A DNA stretch of 48,950 bases from Macrostomum lignano (lineage: Eukaryota). Position 1 is the stretch's first letter. Each line of letters starts with the position of its first letter. Location: assembly GCA_002269645.1 (NCBI GenBank), contig NIVC01003128.1, positions 1 to 48,950 on the forward strand, read 5' to 3'. A program made the translations under genes and the position numbers. Below, in pieces: positions 47,609-48,950 of this stretch. Under the pieces are notes generated by a model that saw only the letters and a list, made by a program, of their open reading frames with translations, was not told the DNA's origin and ran no database searches.

Positions 47609-48554
47609 AGTGGTAGTAGTAGCAGTAGAGTAGTAGTAGTAGTAGTAGTGGTAGAAGTGGTAGTATATTTTCGAACTCACCTTGTTTTGCAGAGCGAGCA
47701 CGCCGAACTGCTTGCATCGGTGCTAATCAAAACAGGAAAATATCACAATGCAATGGCCTACGTGGACTCAGCTCTGGATCGAGTGCTCAATGTGAGCAGT
47801 AGTATATTATTGGACAAGAAATTTAGTACTTTAGTGTCCAATTGTACCTGGATAATAACTTGTAAATGTCTCCATATAGGGATCAATGATACTCGCTTTG
47901 ATTCGTCAGTTGGTCATAGCACTCTCCATGATTATTTAATTGTTCATAACACTATGATGCTGCAATTGGTCATAACACTATGATCCTTCAATTAGTCATA
48001 GCACTCTCCATTATCCTTCGATTGGTCATAGCATTCCTCATGATCCTTCAGTTGTTCATAGCACTCGCCATTATCCTTCGATTGGTCATAGCACTCTCCA
48101 TTATCCTTCAGTTGGTCATAGCAATCTCCATTATCCTTCAGTTGGTCACAGTACTCTTCATGATCATAACTTAGTTATAAATTAAAAAGCATAGAGAGGG
48201 ATTATAGCATAGAGCATAGAGAGTTGATAATAGCACTCTCTATGATCATTCAATGATCATAAAAGCCATCATCATAATAATGACGCTCACTGCTCCGCAG
48301 AACGTGTCCTCGTGCGCCCTTTAGCGCCAGTTTCACCTGTCCAACATGGCCAGCGTCCATCGCTTGACGGAGCTGCGCGAGAGCCTCACCCTGCTGACTG
48401 GCGACCGGCGCCGTCAAGATGTTGTCTCGTCAACTGCCGACCTGCTGGCGAAATGGCGACAGAGAAGACCCGATTTCATTCGGACGCCTGCGACAACTGG
48501 GAGCGGACGGTTGCTGTGCGGTTGCTATGCGCCAATAAGATGCTGCTCGTGATG
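6506..48554 (+). CDS. PRKDC: DNA-dependent protein kinase catalytic subunit, multi-exon (38 exons in window; kinase/FATC exons beyond the window)
   Basis: Exon translations follow human DNA-PKcs in order, e.g. [79 protein letters not shown]; splice phases consistent across exons 1-37. Confidence 0.96.
7682..7879 (-). mobile_element. Degenerate Penelope-like RT fragment, inverted copy
   Basis: [13 protein letters not shown]...[16 protein letters not shown] resembles the RT YxDD-FAIF...FLN...IKFTIE region. Confidence 0.55.
7890..8770 (+). mobile_element. Degenerate Penelope-like retroelement (RT C-terminal part plus GIY-YIG endonuclease remnant)
   Basis: FAIF...YPNIKFTIE...LAFLDIEV; LVLPFFG; GVVYQFRC; [20 protein letters not shown]; broken by stops and frameshifts; inside PRKDC intron 1. 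Confidence 0.8.
8958..9019 (+). CDS. PRKDC: DNA-PKcs exon 2
   Basis: CAG|...[20 protein letters not shown]|GTAAG. Confidence 0.75.
9114..9206 (+). CDS. PRKDC: DNA-PKcs exon 3
   Basis: TAG|[16 protein letters not shown]...PKVK|GTAGG. Confidence 0.8.
9240..9770. repeat. Intronic minisatellite, 32-bp unit GCAGCAGTCAGTGAAGGACACAGGGGAGGGTA
   Basis: About 16 copies, intron 3. Confidence 0.97.
9793..9979 (+). CDS. PRKDC: DNA-PKcs exon 4
   Basis: CAG|[24 protein letters not shown]...; phase-1 donor. Confidence 0.85.
10078..10186. repeat. Three copies of a 34-bp unit GGGAGAGTGTGTCTGAAGGGACTGGTTCACTTCA
   Basis: Read directly, intron 4. Confidence 0.9.
10291..10403 (+). CDS. PRKDC: DNA-PKcs exon 5
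   Basis: [19 protein letters not shown]...; AG/GT bounded. Confidence 0.85.
10500..10590 (+). CDS. PRKDC: DNA-PKcs exon 6
   Basis: [27 protein letters not shown]; AG/GT bounded. Confidence 0.85.
10662..10807 (+). CDS. PRKDC: DNA-PKcs exon 7
   Basis: [30 protein letters not shown] resembles human [28 protein letters not shown]. Confidence 0.9.
10812..11585. repeat. Intronic minisatellite built on GGGGAATTCTAGGTTTATG variants
   Basis: Read directly, intron 7. Confidence 0.95.
11716..12313 (+). CDS. PRKDC: DNA-PKcs exon 8
   Basis: [16 protein letters not shown]...[11 protein letters not shown]...[11 protein letters not shown]. Confidence 0.92.
12326..12850. repeat. Intronic GTGT/GTCT-derived 18-bp repeat array
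   Basis: TGTGTCTGCCTGTGTGTC-type units, intron 8. Confidence 0.95.
12923..13122 (+). CDS. PRKDC: DNA-PKcs exon 9
   Basis: [10 protein letters not shown]...[10 protein letters not shown] resembles human HQGLIRICSK...TYKDYVDLF. Confidence 0.9.
13353..13805. repeat. Intronic minisatellite, 30-31-bp unit CTGATCCCCACTCCCTAATCAATCCCAATAT
   Basis: Read directly, intron 9. Confidence 0.95.
13830..14116 (+). CDS. PRKDC: DNA-PKcs exon 10
   Basis: [18 protein letters not shown]...[13 protein letters not shown]. Confidence 0.92.
14170..15365. repeat. Intronic minisatellite, 62-bp unit switching to a 60-bp variant
   Basis: CTGATCCCCTACTTCCGGTTTATTAAATCTCTCTCACGATGATCCTCAGATCCCTTTTACAC; variant from ~15000; intron 10. 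Confidence 0.96.
15511..15594 (+). CDS. PRKDC: DNA-PKcs exon 11
   Basis: [27 protein letters not shown]; phase 2/2. Confidence 0.85.
15681..15926 (+). CDS. PRKDC: DNA-PKcs exon 12
   Basis: [24 protein letters not shown]. Confidence 0.93.
15935..16780. repeat. (GTCT)n microsatellite, ~850 bp
   Basis: Read directly, intron 12. Confidence 0.98.
16820..17165 (+). CDS. PRKDC: DNA-PKcs exon 13
   Basis: [17 protein letters not shown]...[22 protein letters not shown]. Confidence 0.92.
17459..17832 (+). CDS. PRKDC: DNA-PKcs exon 14
   Basis: [22 protein letters not shown]...[16 protein letters not shown]. Confidence 0.95.
18860..21190. repeat. Degenerate tandem array, 23-bp unit ATGTCAAACATTAAAGAGCCACC
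   Basis: About 2.3 kb, read directly. Confidence 0.96.
21280..21745. repeat. Tandem array, 18-19-bp unit GGGGATGCTTGCTATCT(G)
   Basis: Read directly. Confidence 0.96.
22275..22450 (+). CDS. PRKDC: DNA-PKcs exon 15
   Basis: [38 protein letters not shown]. Confidence 0.95.
22485..22920. repeat. Intronic minisatellite, 40-bp unit CAGATCCCTCTAGATACTCACAGACTGCTCAAGATGTCCA
   Basis: Read directly, intron 15. Confidence 0.93.
23303..23751 (+). CDS. PRKDC: DNA-PKcs exon 16
   Basis: [11 protein letters not shown]...[30 protein letters not shown]. Confidence 0.96.
23830..24870. repeat. Two oppositely oriented degenerate arrays (TTCTAAGAAA then TTTCTTAGAA) in intron 16
   Basis: ~23830-24260 and ~24460-24870; cores are reverse complements. 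Confidence 0.88.
24935..25242 (+). CDS. PRKDC: DNA-PKcs exon 17
   Basis: [22 protein letters not shown] resembles human [21 protein letters not shown]. Confidence 0.9.
25408..26226. mobile_element. hAT-like MITE (819 bp) inserted in a satellite
   Basis: 15-bp TIRs TAGTGATGGATCGAA (25408-25422) / TTCGATCCATCACTA (26212-26226); flanks GACGAGAT / GATGAGAT (8 bp, 1 mismatch); subterminal ATCGAAA repeats; no transposase ORF. Confidence 0.72.
26227..26815. repeat. Degenerate GATGTAGGGAGATA satellite (also ~25350-25407, left of the MITE)
   Basis: Read directly, intron 17. Confidence 0.92.
26887..27396 (+). CDS. PRKDC: DNA-PKcs exon 18
   Basis: [13 protein letters not shown]...[24 protein letters not shown]. 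Confidence 0.88.
27385..27720. repeat. 12-bp GGTTGCTAGGGT-type array beginning at the exon 18 donor
   Basis: Read directly. Confidence 0.9.
27948..28194 (+). CDS. PRKDC: DNA-PKcs exon 19
   Basis: [16 protein letters not shown] resembles human AVVSACKQLHRAGLL; phases fit. Confidence 0.8.
28310..28485. repeat. Short CTAATGACCCCTGCCACAC array
   Basis: Read directly, intron 19. Confidence 0.88.
28602..28694 (+). CDS. PRKDC: DNA-PKcs exon 20
   Basis: [31 protein letters not shown]; AG/GT, phase 0/0. Confidence 0.75.
28775..29580. repeat. 18-bp array GGATTATCGTAGGGTAGT
   Basis: Read directly, intron 20. Confidence 0.96.
29722..29987 (+). CDS. PRKDC: DNA-PKcs exon 21
   Basis: [11 protein letters not shown]...[13 protein letters not shown]; phases fit. 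Confidence 0.8.
29990..30425. repeat. (GTCT)n-based microsatellite
   Basis: Read directly, intron 21. Confidence 0.96.
30465..30597 (+). CDS. PRKDC: DNA-PKcs exon 22
   Basis: [18 protein letters not shown]...[13 protein letters not shown] resembles human LKLATTILQHW...AVLALLAKILQID. Confidence 0.9.
30671..30745 (+). CDS. PRKDC: DNA-PKcs exon 23
   Basis: [25 protein letters not shown]; TAG| and |GTAAGT. Confidence 0.8.
30800..31390. repeat. (TCAC)n microsatellite with unique interruptions
   Basis: Intron 23. Confidence 0.95.
31396..31569 (+). CDS. PRKDC: DNA-PKcs exon 24 (174 nt, phase 0/0)
   Basis: [11 protein letters not shown]...[13 protein letters not shown]; CAG| and |GTAAGC. Confidence 0.85.
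31738..32200. repeat. (GAGT)n microsatellite, reverse complement of the intron 23 array
   Basis: Intron 24. Confidence 0.95.
32325..32535 (+). CDS. PRKDC: DNA-PKcs exon 25
   Basis: [28 protein letters not shown] resembles human [28 protein letters not shown]. Confidence 0.93.
32545..33080. repeat. ~23-bp array CTGTATTGCTGTACTGTC(TCAGT/ACTGT)
   Basis: Intron 25. Confidence 0.95.
33212..33554 (+). CDS. PRKDC: DNA-PKcs exon 26
   Basis: [24 protein letters not shown]; phases fit. Confidence 0.88.
33565..34125. repeat. 30-bp array CTGATCCCCATTTACCTGTCCGTATCTAAT
   Basis: Intron 26. Confidence 0.95.
34155..34377 (+). CDS. PRKDC: DNA-PKcs exon 27
   Basis: [11 protein letters not shown]...[20 protein letters not shown]. 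Confidence 0.92.
34410..35505. repeat. 21-bp array ATTGGTACTGTTGCT(AAGGGG/GTGGCT/ATGGCT)
   Basis: About 50 copies, intron 27. Confidence 0.97.
35694..36428 (+). CDS. PRKDC: DNA-PKcs exon 28 (PQR region)
   Basis: [14 protein letters not shown]; [16 protein letters not shown]; [26 protein letters not shown]; donor could alternatively be at 36432. Confidence 0.95.
36530..36995. repeat. 21-bp array CCATTGTACTTTAAGAATCGC
   Basis: Intron 28. Confidence 0.94.
37026..37183 (+). CDS. PRKDC: DNA-PKcs exon 29
   Basis: [12 protein letters not shown]...[18 protein letters not shown]; start is 37026 or 37030. Confidence 0.88.
37195..37790. repeat. 23-bp array GTGGGGAGAGGGTGAAACAGACT
   Basis: Intron 29. 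Confidence 0.96.
37861..38118 (+). CDS. PRKDC: DNA-PKcs exon 30
   Basis: [16 protein letters not shown]...[18 protein letters not shown]. Confidence 0.9.
38170..39090. repeat. 19-bp array GTCTGGGTAGATGCCAGGT
   Basis: Intron 30. Confidence 0.97.
39128..39662 (+). CDS. PRKDC: DNA-PKcs exon 31
   Basis: [14 protein letters not shown]...[11 protein letters not shown]; phases fit. Confidence 0.87.
39810..39965. repeat. 43-bp unit, ~3.5 copies
   Basis: CTCTATCCCCAATGTACACTCTGTGCCCGTTAAAACATTCTCT, intron 31. Confidence 0.9.
40004..40645 (+). CDS. PRKDC: DNA-PKcs exon 32 (ABCDE region)
   Basis: [43 protein letters not shown]. Confidence 0.96.
40646..40930. repeat. (GTCT)n microsatellite starting at the donor
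   Basis: Intron 32. Confidence 0.96.
40967..41464 (+). CDS. PRKDC: DNA-PKcs exon 33
   Basis: LHRLRRRMF...[17 protein letters not shown]...[15 protein letters not shown]. Confidence 0.95.
41620..42100. repeat. 33-bp array ATCCTCTATGATCCTTTTAGAATGGGTCATATC
   Basis: Intron 33. Confidence 0.94.
42135..42623 (+). CDS. PRKDC: DNA-PKcs exon 34
   Basis: Open GC-rich exon ending [14 protein letters not shown], comparable to human PAKRVRGK; phase 0/0. Confidence 0.85.
42750..44310. repeat. 26-bp array CTTAGCGACATATCTCACCGACACAT
   Basis: About 1.5 kb, intron 34. Confidence 0.97.
44374..44865 (+). CDS. PRKDC: DNA-PKcs exon 35 (start of FAT)
   Basis: [20 protein letters not shown]; [12 protein letters not shown]. 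Confidence 0.93.
44870..45350. repeat. Degenerate ~32-bp array with internal palindrome TGACCC...GGGTCA
   Basis: Intron 35. Confidence 0.85.
45444..45590 (+). CDS. PRKDC: DNA-PKcs exon 36
   Basis: [14 protein letters not shown]...EFMDFL; CAG| and |GTGAGG, phase 0/0. Confidence 0.8.
45610..47665. repeat. (TAG)n microsatellite, ~2 kb, with GTG/GAG interruptions
   Basis: Intron 36. Confidence 0.98.
47693..47791 (+). CDS. PRKDC: DNA-PKcs exon 37
   Basis: [33 protein letters not shown]; phase 0/0. Confidence 0.83.
47900..48170. repeat. 30-bp array CCATTATCCTTCAGTTGGTCATAGCACTCT
   Basis: Intron 37. Confidence 0.88.
48301..48554 (+). CDS. PRKDC: DNA-PKcs exon 38 with in-frame TAG (48322-48324) and a 1-nt frameshift near 48475
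   Basis: [28 protein letters not shown]...KWRQRRPD, then in another frame [21 protein letters not shown]; resembles human [28 protein letters not shown]...TWTNRYPD..MDPMNIWDDIITNR; 3' donor uncertain. Confidence 0.75.
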
Positions 48555-48669
48555 GTTTAGGTTTGATTTTGTTAATATTTGTCGCACGCTTATTTGACCT
48601 TTTATCACCTAATTATTAGACTAATAAAGCGCTAATACTAATGTCTAAGAAACCTAATTAGACTGCCTT

Positions 48670-48950
48670 TTATATTACTAATAAATTAATAATATAATTG
48701 ATTACACTGCCCCAATTGGGCCAGATGTGCAACCGACAGCTCAGCCGCAGCTATTGCTGCGTACGGCTGTTCAGTCCAAGGACTGAGAGGGGGGGTCGCC
48801 ACACACCCTCAATTACCCCAGCTAATGCTGCGCCCATTTTACAGCTGGGTGAACTGAAGCAATGCTAATGTGAGTTAAGTGTCTTGCTTAAGGACGCAAA
48901 TTGTTCCAGTGGGATCGGGAATCGAACCCCCGACCTTCAAGATCAAGATA
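48670..48950 (-). mobile_element. tRNA-derived CORE-SINE (5' head cut by the window edge)
   Basis: Minus strand: B box GGTTCGATTCC (48918-48928), then GTCCTTAAGCAAGACACTTAACTC...CTTCAGTTCACCCAGCTGTAAAATGGG resembling the CORE domain; AT-rich tail near 48670-48700. Confidence 0.8.

Noticed and set aside
46805-47717. Minus-strand poly-Thr/Leu/Tyr ORFs
   Set aside because: Translation of the (CTA)n complement of the TAG microsatellite

Overview
Eukaryotic (metazoan) genomic DNA, not prokaryotic. GC-rich exons, GT-AG introns packed with tandem repeats and the gene content are most consistent with a free-living flatworm such as Macrostomum (inference only). About 42 kb (6506 to ~48554, + strand) is one gene for the DNA-dependent protein kinase catalytic subunit (PRKDC/DNA-PKcs). 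I hand-assembled 38 exons with consistent splice phases, about 3,400 open codons through exon 37, covering the N-HEAT, M-HEAT, PQR and ABCDE regions and the start of FAT. The kinase domain lies beyond the window. Exon 38 carries an in-frame TAG and a 1-nt frameshift. Divergently oriented on the - strand is an ankyrin-like/SOCS-box (ASB-like) gene (ATG 3775). Almost every large intron holds its own tandem array, and most long ORFs in the supplied track are artefacts of these arrays. Mobile DNA: a 5'-truncated RTE-clade LINE with a 9-bp TSD, head-to-head Penelope-like RT fragments, a probable Helitron-like element with stacked 3' ends, a hAT-like MITE inside a satellite, and a tRNA-derived CORE-SINE at the right edge. 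The most notable structures are nested inverted repeats around symmetric exon 24, the lesions in exon 38, and Helitron head-to-tail junctions.
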